Source: Antechinus flavipes (lineage: Eukaryota). From it: DNA of 64,000 bases. Below the pieces are notes generated by a model that saw only the letters and a program-made list of their open reading frames with translations, was not told where the DNA came from and made no database searches. Made by a program: the position numbers and the translations under genes. This document shows positions 24,093 to 36,520 of the stretch, in pieces. Every line of letters starts with the position of its first letter. Positions within the stretch are counted from its first letter, which is position 1. The stretch spans positions 79,856,001-79,920,000 of the forward strand of contig NC_067403.1 of NCBI RefSeq assembly GCF_016432865.1. Direction: 5' to 3'.

Positions 24093-25519
24093 TAGCCGCA
24101 GAGTGTTGTCTAACAAATCGGCTTTTAAAATAAGACAAAATTCTAGAGGATTGTAGTTAAATAAGACAGGAATTGTTTAAGATGAGCATCTTCCTTAAGA
24201 GGGAAAATAGTGAAACTGTAACTAGATTGGAAGTCAGGAGAGGGGGCTTGCAGCTTCAGCTCTGCGGCCATCTGTGACTCGCTGAGTGCAGCTCACCTTC
24301 CCTCTGACCCCGGCTTCCTCACTCGAAGGTTTCTTTCTGACTTGACTCTCTGAGTGCCTCTGAGCAAGCTTTTGCAGGCTGGCCGGACTACACCGAGTGA
24401 TTACGGATACGTCGGCTATAAACGAACTCGCTGAAGTCCGGAGACCCCGAGGCCGTTTCCTGCTCCACCCTGAATTGCTGTGTGACTTGGGTTAGTTACT
24501 CTAGTGCTCTGGATCCCAGTTTGCTCATCTGTAAAATACAGGGATCTATGGATCACACCGGGCCCCTCATTTAGAGCTGGCAAAAGGGCTTAGAGGTCAT
24601 CTAGTCTCCCCTCCCCCCACCCCGTTATTTTAGAGACGAGCAACGTGAGGGGGTGACCTGGAAAACCTCAGCGGCCCCTTCCAATCGCCCGGACTCTGAA
24701 TCGGAGCTCAGACATTAACTAAACCAATTATCATTTTAATTGGTTTACGCTGATACTCCCGAAGGAGAGTCTTGGTTGGGTTCCAGATATAAATGGACGA
24801 GCCTTACACGGAAGAAAACCTTCCAAGCAGATATCATCCCACCACGTGGAGCTTATCTTACGGGATTTGGCTAGGGGCCATTCAGAGAAATAACAGGCTG
24901 GACTAAATTATTATGATTTCATTATCGTTGACTAAAACCCTTTAATTATAGTTATCTAGCTTGACCCCTGAATTTTCAGCGAAGGAAACAGTGGTCCAGA
25001 AAGGTTACCTCATTTGTTCAAGGTCACACAAAGCATATTTGTTGTTCAGTTTTGTTCTTCCTTCCTTCCCTCCTTTCCTTCTTCCCTTCTTCCCTTCTCC
25101 CTCTTTCCCTCTCTCCCTCTTTCCCTCCTTCTTTCCTTTCAATACCAAGTAGGAGTCCATTGTAGGAGTCCAACCTTGAGGAAATAAAGAGGGAGGTGGG
25201 AGAGGTGGGATTTGAACCCAGGTCCTCTAACCTCCTTGAGATGCAGCACCTCCTCCAATGTACTGAACTACTTCTTAGCTGACATTTCTATAATGCTTTA
25301 AGATTTGCAAAGCTCTTTCCTCACAGTAGCCCTTTGGAGGTAAAAGATTCTTGCAGATCTTATTATAGAATAGAATGTAAAATCCTTGAGAGCAAAAATA
25401 GTTTCCTTTTTTTTAACTTTGTAACCCCTGCACCTAGCACAGTACTAGGCACATAGCAGGGACTTAATAAAGTTTGCATAATTGGATGCAGACAATCCCA
25501 ATAGAGTTGTGATAGAGAG

Positions 25520-25845
25520 AGCGATCTCCATCCAGAGATGGGACAATGGAGATTGAATGTGGATCACAGCACAGTATTTTCATCTTTTTTATTTGCTTAC
25601 TTGTTTTTTAAATTCTTTCTCATTTTTTCCTTTTTTCTCTGGTTTTTCTTGTGCAGCATGATAAATGTGGAACTATGTTTAGAAGAATTGCAGGTGTTTA
25701 ACCTATATTTGATTGCTTGCTGTCTAGGGGACAGGAGAAGTAGGGAGGAAGATAAAAAATTTAGAACACAAGGTTTTGCAAGGGTGAATGTTGAAACCTA
25801 TCTTTATATATTTGGAAAAATCAAAAGCTATTATCAAAAATAATT
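25520..25845 (+). mobile_element. L1 3' UTR fragment
   Basis: atccagagatgggacaatggagattgaatgtggatcacagcacagtatttt..gcagcatgataaatgtggaa..aatgttgaaacctatcttt. Confidence 0.85.
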
Positions 25846-25869
25846 GAATGCAGAGAGCTATTTAATGCA

Positions 25870-26115
25870 AGCATAGCTAAATGGTGCAGTGGATAGAGTG
25901 CAGGGCCTAGAGTCAGGAAGATTCAACTTTCTGAATTCAAATCGAGCCTCAGACACTTACTAGTTGTGAGACTCTGGACAAGTCACTTAACCCTGTTTGC
26001 CTCAGTTTCATCATCTGCAAAATGATCCGGAGAAGAAAATGGCAACCCACTTACAGTATCTTTGCCAAGAAAATCCCAAATTGGGTCATGAAGACTCAGA
26101 TCTGACTGAACAACA
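25870..26115 (+). mobile_element. Mar1-like CORE-SINE
   Basis: agctaaatggtgcagtggatagagtgcagggcctagagtcaggaag..gagaagaaaatggcaacccacttacagtatctttgccaagaaaatcccaaattgggtcatgaagactcagatctgactgaacaac. Confidence 0.88.
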
Positions 26116-26768
26116 ACTTAACATGGTGCTTTTCCCTTAAATCCTCTTTCCTTTTCAACTTTTCCAAACTTTTCTATTTCTGTTGAGGGTCCCACCCTCC
26201 TCCCAATCAGGTACCCAAGCTCACAACTTAGATGTCACTCTTGATTCTTCACATATATTCACCATTTGAGGTACAGGGTCTTGGCTTCCAGTGTCTTTCA
26301 CTTCCTAATTTCTGGTTTCATCCACACACCTATCAGTCTGTTGAGAAGTCCTGTTATTTCTGCCTTCACAGAATCTCTCCTATGTGCTTCATTTCCTGCA
26401 TTCTTATAGTTGCCATTCTAGTTCAAGTTCTTTATCTCCTCAAGGTTGGATTCCTACAATGGCCTCCTACTTGGTATTGAAAGGAAAGAAAGAAGGAAAG
26501 AGGGAGAAGGGAAGAAGGGAAGGAAGGAAGAACAAAACTGAACAACAAATATGTAGGGGATATCCTTTTAAGTTCAAATTGCATTATTAACATTTTCCCT
26601 ATCAATTTCTTAAGTTTACATATCAACAAAACAATAAATTAAGACCTGATCTGTAGTTTTAGATGATTTCCAATGTATCCAATCAATCAATCAATCAATC
26701 AATATTCTGACACAAATTCTCATGAGCTGGTGAGAGCTGTCTTCAGCACACTTCTGGGTACACATTCT

Positions 26769-27063
26769 TTTTTTTTTTTAATTTTTATTTAATAATAACT
26801 TTATATTGACAGAATCCATGTCAGGGTAATTTTTTTACAACATTATCCCTTGCACTCATTTCTGTTCCGATTTTTCCCCTCCCTCCCTCCACCCCTTCCT
26901 CAGATGGCAAGAGTTCTTTACATGTTGAATGGGTTGCAGTATATCCTAGATACAATATATGTTTGCAGAACCGAACAGTTCTCTTGTTGCACAGGGAGAA
27001 TTGGATTCAGAAGGTAAAAATAACCCGGGAAGAAAAACAAAAATGCAGATAGTTCGCATCCGT
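26769..27063 (-). mobile_element. Young 5'-truncated L1 3' end with perfect 17-bp TSD
   Basis: PolyT plus ttttatttaataataactttatattgacagaatccatg... TSD TTCTGGGTACACATTCT at 26752-26768 and 27064-27080. Confidence 0.9.
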
Positions 27064-27539
27064 TTCTGGGTACACATTCTAAGAGTTATTCTGCTGATAC
27101 AAAGTAAATAGATGCTTACAGTAAAAAGCAACTAAGGAAGAGAGAAGAAAGTTCCCAAGAGGCAAATCTGATCTTAATCAAGAGCAGTCCAACCCTGTAT
27201 CTATAGCCCACTTGAGCTCAAAGCAGAAGTGGCAGAAGGAAGGAAGTGAGTAACAGGCAGAGACAGCCCTGGGGAAAAGTGTGACATCATCCAAGGGAGC
27301 CCTCTCCCAACCCTTTGCTTCTCCCTTTTGTGCTGTTATCCACCCCAAACCCCGTGAGCCAGTGTTTTCCAGAAAGCACGTTCCTGTTGTATTCATGGTA
27401 TTGTACCAGATGCTGACCATACAAAGCCAAAGTGGCCTCTGGAGTTTGCATTTTCTTAGAGTTTGGGAGGATGTGATATACAACAAATACAGGCCAGTTT
27501 CAGGCAGCATAGGATAATGCATAGAAATGTGTGATCCTA

Positions 27540-27870
27540 GTTGTTGCTGCTGTTGAGATTTTCCAATTCTTCATGACCGCATTTGGGGTTTTCCTGGCAA
27601 AGATACTAAAATGGTTGGCAATTCCCTTCTCCAACTCATTTTTCCACATGAAAAAATTGAGGCAAACAGTGTTAAGTGCCTTGTCCAGAGTCACACAACT
27701 GCCCATACTTTGCCATTTCCTTCTTCAGCTCATTTATAGATGAGAAAACTGAGATAAACAGAATTAAGTGATTTATTTACAGTCACACAGCTGAGGCCAG
27801 ATTTGAACTCAGAAAATGTTTTCCTGATCCCTAGTGCTTTATGCATTATGGTGTCACATAGCCACCCTCA
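27540..27870 (-). mobile_element. Mar1-like SINE with two CORE segments (composite)
   Basis: Tail ttggggttttcctggcaaagatact.., then CORE twice (..gaggcaaacagtgttaagtgccttg.. and ..gagataaacagaattaagtgattt..), each preceded by a gccatt/gcaatt..ccttct..ctcatt segment. Confidence 0.65.
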
Positions 27871-28914
27871 CTTATTGTTTCAATGTTATAGGTAATTCCA
27901 AAGAGATGAATTGCAGAGGAAAGTCTTGGTGGCGAGAGTTTCCATCCCTGGAAGTTCTCTACAACAGTGAAATCACAGGTCCAGGCACTATTCTGCTAAT
28001 TAAAGGGAAATAATACTAATAAACTAACAAGCGTAGGAAAGACTGATCTGCTTCTCCTGTTGCTAAAGAAAATAACTTCCTAAACTTCTTTTCAAGATGA
28101 TGTTTGGGATCATGGACTTAGAGCAGGAACTGATCTTTGAAGGCATCTAATCCAATTTTCTAATCTTACAAATGAGGGAATTGAAATTCAGAGTGACTCC
28201 ACCAAGATTACTCAGGTATACATGGCAGGTCTGGAGGTTGAACCAAGATCCTTTACTCTAAATTCAGCATCCTCTTCCAGCATCACATTTTAGATTTCCA
28301 CTTAGTGAGCTAATAAATGGTATAATAAAGTGCCATCAGACTTAGAGGTACCTGGGTTCAAAGACTATTCTTCACCTTAATTACCTGAATCAGTCAACAA
28401 CAAGCATTTATTAATGCTTGGTGCCAAGCACCAGGGATATAATGAAAGGCAATAACTTGGTCAAATGAGATAATACAGCCATTATATTATTATAGACAAT
28501 AAGCTACTAAAGATTAAAACTGCCTTAAGAATTTTGGGACATATTATGTATTTTGTGGGAGGGGGGTTGAGTTTCTTGTCATTTTTCTCTCGATTTTTAA
28601 TGTTTTCTAAATTTAAATGCTCCATATACATATTTTAATGTACATATTAGGACAACAACAATAAAAAACCAAAATCCTCTGATTCTCCATTTGATCCCTT
28701 ACAACATAATAACATTTCAAGACATTCAGATCATGTTGTATATTCAAAAGGCTCTGTAAAGATCTGTTGTTGTTATAATTACCCTCATTAGCTCTGGCTG
28801 GACTATAGCTTAGGAAATGACCTTTCTACCAGCAGTGTCTCGATTCCAGTCTTTTATTCTGATATCAGATTAATTTTCCTAAGAGATTCTAGAGGGGCCC
28901 TCAAATAACTAAAG

Positions 28915-29190
28915 AAATATCATGTAGAAAAGGGATAAGAAGTGTGTCTCAGTCCCAGAGTCCAGACCAAAGTCATGAGTATAATTTTTAAAATGGCAGA
29001 TTCAGGTTCTACCAAAAGGAAAAAATTGCCGGTCAACCAGAGCTATCCAAAAGTAGAATGAGTTGCCTTGGAAGGGGGTAAGATCCCCTTTTAAGCAAAG
29101 ATGTAGGGACACTGAAGATGATGGTTATGGGGTTCTTGTTCAGGCCTGGATGAGATGGCCAGTGATTTGGAAGTTCTTTTCCTCCTCTGA
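28915..29190 (+). mobile_element. CR1/L3 3' fragment
   Basis: agagctatccaaaagtagaatgagttgccttggaagggggtaagatcccc..ggcctggatga. Confidence 0.6.
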
Positions 29191-29329
29191 GATACTAGGA
29201 CATACGGAGATACTAGGAATAGTCAAATCACAAGTCCTTAGCCAGTCATTCAAGGCTTCTCCCAATTGGGCCCCAAACTCGCATTACTCCCTTGCCTGTG
29301 GTATTATCCAGTCAATATGTTATCACCCA

Positions 29330-30030
29330 AATGTGAGGATGTGGGAAATCTGGAACATTAATGCATTGTTGGTAGAGTTGTGAAATGATCCAACTAACTA
29401 GAAAGCAATTTGGAACTATGACCAAAGGGCTATAAAACTGTGCATATCCTTTGAACCAGGACTGTTACTACTAGGTCTGTATCCCCCAAAAATCATAAAG
29501 TAGGGAAAAGGACCCACATGTGCAACTTTTTTGTAGCAGCTTTTTTTTTAGGGTGGCAAAGAATTGGAAAATGAGTAGATGCCCATCAATTGGGCAATGG
29601 CCAAATTAGTCATGGCATATGAAAGTAATGGAATATTATTATTCTATAAAAAATGATGAACAAGTTGATTTTAGAAAGACCTGGAAAGATTTCCACAAAC
29701 TGATGCTGAGCAAAACAAGCAGAACCACAAATACATTGTACACAGTAACAAGACTGTGTGATGATCAGCTATGGCAGGATTGGTTCTTCTCAGCAGTTCA
29801 ATGATCCAAGGCAATCTCAATAAACTATTTATGGAAAAACGCCATTTGCCTGTATAGAGTGAACTATGGAGACAAAGTAAATCAATACATGTCATGTTCC
29901 CTTTTCTTTTTCTTTTTTCTTCTGTTTGTTTTTCTCTTGTGGTTTTCCCTTTTGTTCTGATTTTTCTCTACCAACGTGATTCATAAAGAAATATGTAAAA
30001 AAAAATTAATGTACATGTATAACAAAAAAC
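29330..30030 (+). mobile_element. L1 ORF2 end + 3' UTR fragment
   Basis: atgcattgttggtagagttgtgaaatgatccaac..gaaagcaatttggaactatgaccaaagggctataaaactgtgcatatcctttga..gatgcccatcaattggg. Confidence 0.9.
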
Positions 30031-33000
30031 CCTTTTTTTAAAAGTGCTATTATCTAGTGAAACTATACTACTTGTTTTTCCATTTCCATCTCATTTTAGC
30101 TGTTATTTCCAATGCTTGCTCTCTTTCTTCATCTCTTTGGATCCACTGCTTCTCCTTTGAGGCTGAGGACAAAAGCCATTTTTTTTTTTGTGAAGTCTTA
30201 CTTTGATCCTCCTTTCCTATAGTAAGTGTTCTTTCCTTTCTTGAATTCTCATAGTAACTTGATTGTGCTTCTCATCTACTGTTATAGTTGTATGTTGTCA
30301 TGTCTTAGCTCCTCTAATCAATTATAAATTCCAAGAGAATCAAAAAAGCTAGCTTTGAAGTCAGAAAAATGATTTCCAATTCCACTTTTGTCACTCATTA
30401 CCTGTGTGAATTTGGCGAAGTCATTTAACTTTTCTGAAATCAGCTTTCACTTCTATAAAATGGAGGGACTTCAAGATATAAGTCTACAGTGCAGATCAGC
30501 AGAGAACATGGTTCTTTGTATCTAGTAAGTCTCAATAAACATTTGTTAGCTTTATACAATTCCTTTCCAAAGGGACTACTTGAATTTAAAAATAATTCAG
30601 AAGAAGAAAGGACCATTTAACACATTTATGGGACAATTTCAGGCATTGGAGAGGATTGTTTTTCTCCTGGAAGAATGAATGATTTTTCCCTTGAAATCCT
30701 GTTTTTGGTCTTACATAGTCAGACAAGCAAAATCACTAATTAATATGAGTAAAGATCAATCCCATCTTTCAACCTACATTCATTTTATTCACATTTATTT
30801 GAGGAAATACATGAGGAATAAATCAAGACAATTACACAGATATAAAGAAGGCTAACACCTGATACCAGAAGTGTTCTAACTGCCCAATAATGATAACTAT
30901 ATTTGGAGACCTATAAAAAGACTGCTTACCTCAGAAAGTGTTAATAAGGAAATTATTAACAGAGAGTATATTTTAAATACAATCATTGACTTGACACAGC
31001 TAGAGTGTGTCATGACTGATGCTGGGGGAATAATAGATAAAAATACCTGTGGTGATCTCTTTTACTCTCTGTATTCCATCTTGGGGACAGATGATGGGCT
31101 AGGAAAACAGTCTTAAGGGACAATTAGCTCTGACATTTTTAAGGAAGCAGTTCCCTACTTTAGTCTTTCATTTTTGTATCCCATTAAGAGAACACCATTT
31201 TGATATTAGATTTATGCACAGTGGCAGGAGATGGGGGAACACACATTCACAATGATCAATGAGTTTAGAACACAAATTTTGGGGAAAAAACTGATATGTG
31301 TGTCAAGGCAACACAGATATTCTCTTGGAAAGTGGCGAGTTGGGTTGGGAACTAGCTGCTATTTTGCCACTAACCAGCCACATGACTTTAGCCAAGTAAC
31401 CAAGTCCCTTTGGGCCTCAATAAGCTTCTCCTTCTATAAAATACAGATGTAAAAACCTCAGATTGTCCCTAAGGTTTCTTCCAGCTCTATCATTCTCTTT
31501 TTTCAGTTGCTATGGATTTTTGATGGGAAATTTCTCTCAGACCACTTTGAGTCATCCTAACCCAAGAGTCTTAGCTCTGTTAAACAATCCTCCTTCCTTT
31601 CCTCTATACAAAAATGAATTAAAAGCCTTAAAAAAAATTTTTGTTGTTGTTGAGATCTGTGATTTCGTAAGTATAAAAGACTTCCAGTGAGGAAATTTTC
31701 TCTACCAATACTGAAGCTGTTTTATAATTGTACTGCCTTAGAGAGATTACATCACTTGGCCAGCCCCTCAAAAGAATCACTTGAATCCAAGTCCTCCTGA
31801 CTCCAAGGAGTACCCACATCCTTTGCTCTTTATGGCCTCTCTTAAAAACTATACAAATTTCTGTCTGTAGTACAGGCCATCCCATGGAGCCTGTATGGGG
31901 CTGAGCCTGTCCCCCTGGCCCCTTCTAAGGGCAACACGTGCATTGGTTTCTTGCTTGAGGACCACAAAATATCATGTGATTCAAGCTCTCTGCCTTCAGG
32001 AAGTTTAGTTATTACTATCTTCATTTTATACATGAGATAACTGAGCTCTCAAGAAATGGTTTCTTACATACAGGGTGTTAACTTCCTCATTCTCTCCTCC
32101 CTTCCCCCTGTAATACTAGCCATTTAAATTAAATTCCCCCTTTTCTTCCATTATAAAGATCTGGTTTTAAAACTGTAGCATCTTCTGTTTTTAGTTTCTG
32201 TGCCCACCAACTTACTTATTTTCTACCTCCACATCTCTGTGAGAAATTGTCTTTCAGTTTTTCCACAAGTGGAAATAAGCACTTGCCCCGGGTCGCAAAG
32301 TTAGTGGCCAAGCTGGGACCGAGATTAAGGTCTCTAGTCCAGCCTTGGCATAATTCCCTCCATTGATACCTGCTCCACACAGCCAAACAAGAGGGTCTGA
32401 AGGCTGCAGTCTACAGGCCAATGTGAAATACAGTTACCTGCTTCTTCTCAAAGTTTAAGAAAGGAAAGAAGAAAAAGTCACTTCTCTAAAGTGATTGGGA
32501 TAAACAAGCTAGTCTAGATAAGTGATTAATGACCCGTGACACAAGCCAAGGGCTAAGATAACATCCTAGAGGAAAGGAGAAAAGAAGAACCAAAAAAAAA
32601 AAAAAAACCTCCTCTAGAATAAAAAGAATGATTTAACTGAAAAGAAAAAGAAATTTTAAAAAATATCACTGGTTCCATTACACTGTCAAAATGATTATGA
32701 TCTGGCCCAGGAAAACAACAGATGAATCATTGTAGTAACTATGAGATATAATGGTATAATACTAGACAGGCAGTGTGATATAATATATGGTCTCTTGGAT
32801 CTGGAAATGAGTAAAATGGAGTTCAAATCCTTCTTTATACACTTAGTAATCGGGTGACTTTAGGCAACTCATTTAATTCTAGACCCGATTCCTCATCAGT
32901 TCAACAAGTAGAGCAATTGATATAATAACAACAACAAAATTGTAAAAATAAATAATATTGAAACCTTTAAAAACTTTAATATAATGGCCAACCATGATTA

Positions 33001-34539
33001 GAAAAGGACTGATTGCTATTAAGGAATGCTCTTACCTCTTGACAGAAAGCTGAGAGACTTAAAATGCAGAGCCAATGCTGTGGTTGTTAGAGGGATTTTG
33101 TTTGTTTGAAGGGATGGGAAAAATAGAGAAAAACTTGATTTTTGTTCATTGAAAAATAATTAATTTTTAAAAATTAAATTGTATCACCCTCATAAGAGTG
33201 TCAGTAAAGACTAAATGATAATTATTTACCTAACATATGTAACAAGCCTTAACTATATAAAAGCCAGTCACTATCATTATTGTGTTGTCATCAATGTACA
33301 AATACTATTGGTCTACAAAAGAGGAATCCCTTTTTTTCTTCAAATCTTGTTAAGCAAAAATTATCACCAATTCGAAAATCTTGCAAATTTCCACCACATT
33401 ATTACGCTCTCTAATCATACTTATTTTTTTTTTTTGGTAATTTTGGGTAAGATTTAGGGGGGGAATTGAATTTGAAAACATTCTCAATGGTTATATCATA
33501 TATGATTTCTAGAAAGCCATCATATTGCTTAATAATTACATCACATTAAGCAATAGCAAATTACTTAATTGAGACAGACTTAATGTTTAGCTGGAATGGG
33601 CCTTGGATATAAAGCACAGAAACCATACATAAAAAGTAAATTTAAACTTTTCTAAAATTAAATTGTATTTTATTAATGAACTAAAAAATACTCCCCATCA
33701 CTGAAAAAGAAAAACAAAACCCCAGGAACAACCACCACATTGTCTGTACACCTTGAGTCTATCACCTCTCTGTTAGTAGGTAGGTCGCATGCTTCAATCA
33801 CGATTGGTCTTCTTAGACCCAAGATTAGTTATTCTTTGTTTTTACAATGCTGTTATTGTATAAATTGTTCTCTTTTCATTCATATCAGATTATACACGTC
33901 TTCCTAGGTTTCTTTGAAACCATCCCTTTCACCATTTCTTACGAAATGGTTATATATATCTTCATTATATTCACCTAATATAATTGCAGTTAAAGAACTT
34001 GTGAGATTCTTAAAAAAAAAAAAAAAAAAAAAACAACTAAGATTTTTATTTCAATTGCCTTTTGGGGTAGATCTTTTATTAGTCTGAAAGCCATCTGAAA
34101 TTTGATCATTTTGATCAGATGCCTTAAGGTAGCTTTATTCTTTTATCTCTTATTCTCTAGTTATTCTTTGTACCCTCCCATATGATCTATTACAGGGCAA
34201 TGTGAGGCAGAGTTTATAGTAAGAAGATCATTGAACTTAGGTTATCTGAAGAACTGAGTTTCAGTCTTTTTTCAGCCTCAAATAGTAACTATGTGGACTT
34301 GACAATTCAAATAGCAACTCTATGTCCAGGTTGGCTTAATTGTAAAATAGAGATAAATAATACTTATACTCCCTACTGCACCAGGATATTTTGAGAGACA
34401 ACAAATGGACATGCAAAGCAATGAGACACAATGTTCTGAGCTATTAAAATATCAGCTCTTCATGTGACTGAACTTCCTTTGAACATCAAAAATAAATTGA
34501 TGGTTACAGTTGATAAGCAGACGTTAAAAGAAGGCAAGA

Positions 34540-34750
34540 ATCTTCAGACTAGGATTTTTAAACCATTTTGGCTATTTTATATATGGATCCCTTTGATAGG
34601 CTGGAGAAGCCTATAAATCCCTTTTTAGGAAAATTGTTTTTAAAAATTCATAATTAAAAGATTTAAATTTCAAAATAAAGATGTGATTTTTCTCATCCAG
34701 ATTCATGTCCTACTTTGGCGTTCCCGGACTCCAGGTTAAGAACCCATGCT
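34540..34750. mobile_element. hAT-Charlie-like MITE (related copies ~38395-38575 and ~4660-4815)
   Basis: atggatccctttgataggctggagaagcctataaatccc..ccaggttaagaaccc; similar motifs are present in the other copies. Confidence 0.65.
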
Positions 34751-35999
34751 CTCATGGGGTCCTCAAATTTTTTAAACTGTCCCTCAGACTGTTGGAGAGC
34801 TGGACTATAGTAAAAACAAAAACTTTGTTTGGTGGGCCTTTAAATAAAGAAACTTCATAGCCCTGAGTGAGGGGAATAATCATCCTCAGTTGCTTAGTTT
34901 GAAGACCCCTGCATGGTGGGCAGAAACATCTATTTCCATAATCAAATACTCTTGGTTGAGTCATCCAGGGTATCTCCCAAATCAATTAGGAGCAACTAAA
35001 TCATGATTATATGATAGCTATGAAAGTGATCTTCTAGCAAAATAGCTTTTAAACAAAGGTGGTAGAAGTCTAGAAAGTCCAATTTTTGATAATAAGCAGT
35101 TTGCTGAAAGAACATTAATTAGCAGAGTTAGCACCAAAAGCAGTCTATGAATTTCTATCTCTCCTTTAAATTCTAACTCAAATGGAATATACCTCTTCCA
35201 GGAAGACTTATCAACTTTTTTCTCAGACTTTACAAAGCACATTACTTCACAACTCTCTAATATATTTATCATATAATACTAAATATTATCATTATCTACC
35301 ATTTTCTTTGGAAGAGGGGTAGACTTTGGGGGGGGGGTGAAGAGGGGAGGTCCTTGGTAAAAAAAATTCTCTCAAAATTGCTTTGTAACTCTAATACATT
35401 TATCATAATTATTCCACATTTTCTTTGGAGAGGGATTCTATTATTTTGTATGGGGAACTTTGGGTAAGGAAATTCCCTTTTATTAATGAAGATCAATACT
35501 TGTTCTACAACTTATACTCTTAGTTGTCAGAGTCAATGAGAAGTTAGGTGACTTGATACACTTGAATGCAAATATTACTGACTCCCAGGACAGCACTCTC
35601 CCCATTATCTTACGCTGCCTTATATTTGTGTTTGTATCTTGATTCTCCTACTGCATCCTAAGTTTTATGATCTGAGATTGAGCGATAGCCAAACCTCTTT
35701 ATTTCTTATGAGCCCATGAGCCATAGTGCTTATCATTTGAACATAATCAACCACGATCCCTTAATCAACATTTATCTAATTGTTGTTCAGAGAAGTAAAA
35801 TGACTTATTAAGGTCACACAAGGAATCTTCTGATTCCAAGTCCTATGCCCTTTCCTCTACACTCTTAGCCTGGATCTGGAAATGACCCAGAGATGTTCAC
35901 AATCATATGAAAGGCGAGTGTACCGTGGACATTATGTCACCATTCATCATGCTCTCCCAGAACTTGAACCTTCTTGGTAGTAAATGCATCTGATTCAAT

Positions 36000-36520
36000 T
36001 CAATATAACAAGCATTTATTAAATACCTACTACATGTAAGATGTTTTAATAAATGCTAGGAATACAAAGGAAAAATAACAAAATTTCTGCCCTCAGGGAA
36101 ATTATGATTGAGTGAAGAGATCCAGCATATAAATAGATACATGATCCTTTGTAAAAACAGAGTATTGACTACATAAGCTCAAATGTTTCATATCTAACTC
36201 TGTGATTATAGATCCTAAAGATGATCATTTAAGGAGGGAGAGACCACTAAGAAGGAGGGGAATAAGGAAAATTTTCCTAGGAGGTGGCACTCAAGGTCAG
36301 TGAGTCTTGAAGGAAGCTAAGGATTCTCAGAGGTAGAAGGGAGGAGTTGGTATACTCCAGACACACCTTGTGCAAAGAAATGGTGGCAAGAAATGGGATT
36401 TTGAACTTGAGGGACAGCAAGTAGAGCACTTTAGTTGGAATTCAGGGAAACAATGTGTAGAAAGCCAGAAAGATAGTCTGAGCTTAGATTAGAGTTACAA
36501 AGAGATGAAATTCCAAAATG
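36000..36520 (-). mobile_element. L2 3' fragment
   Basis: acaagcatttattaaatacctactac..ctgccctcaggga..gagtcttgaaggaagctaaggattct. Confidence 0.75.
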
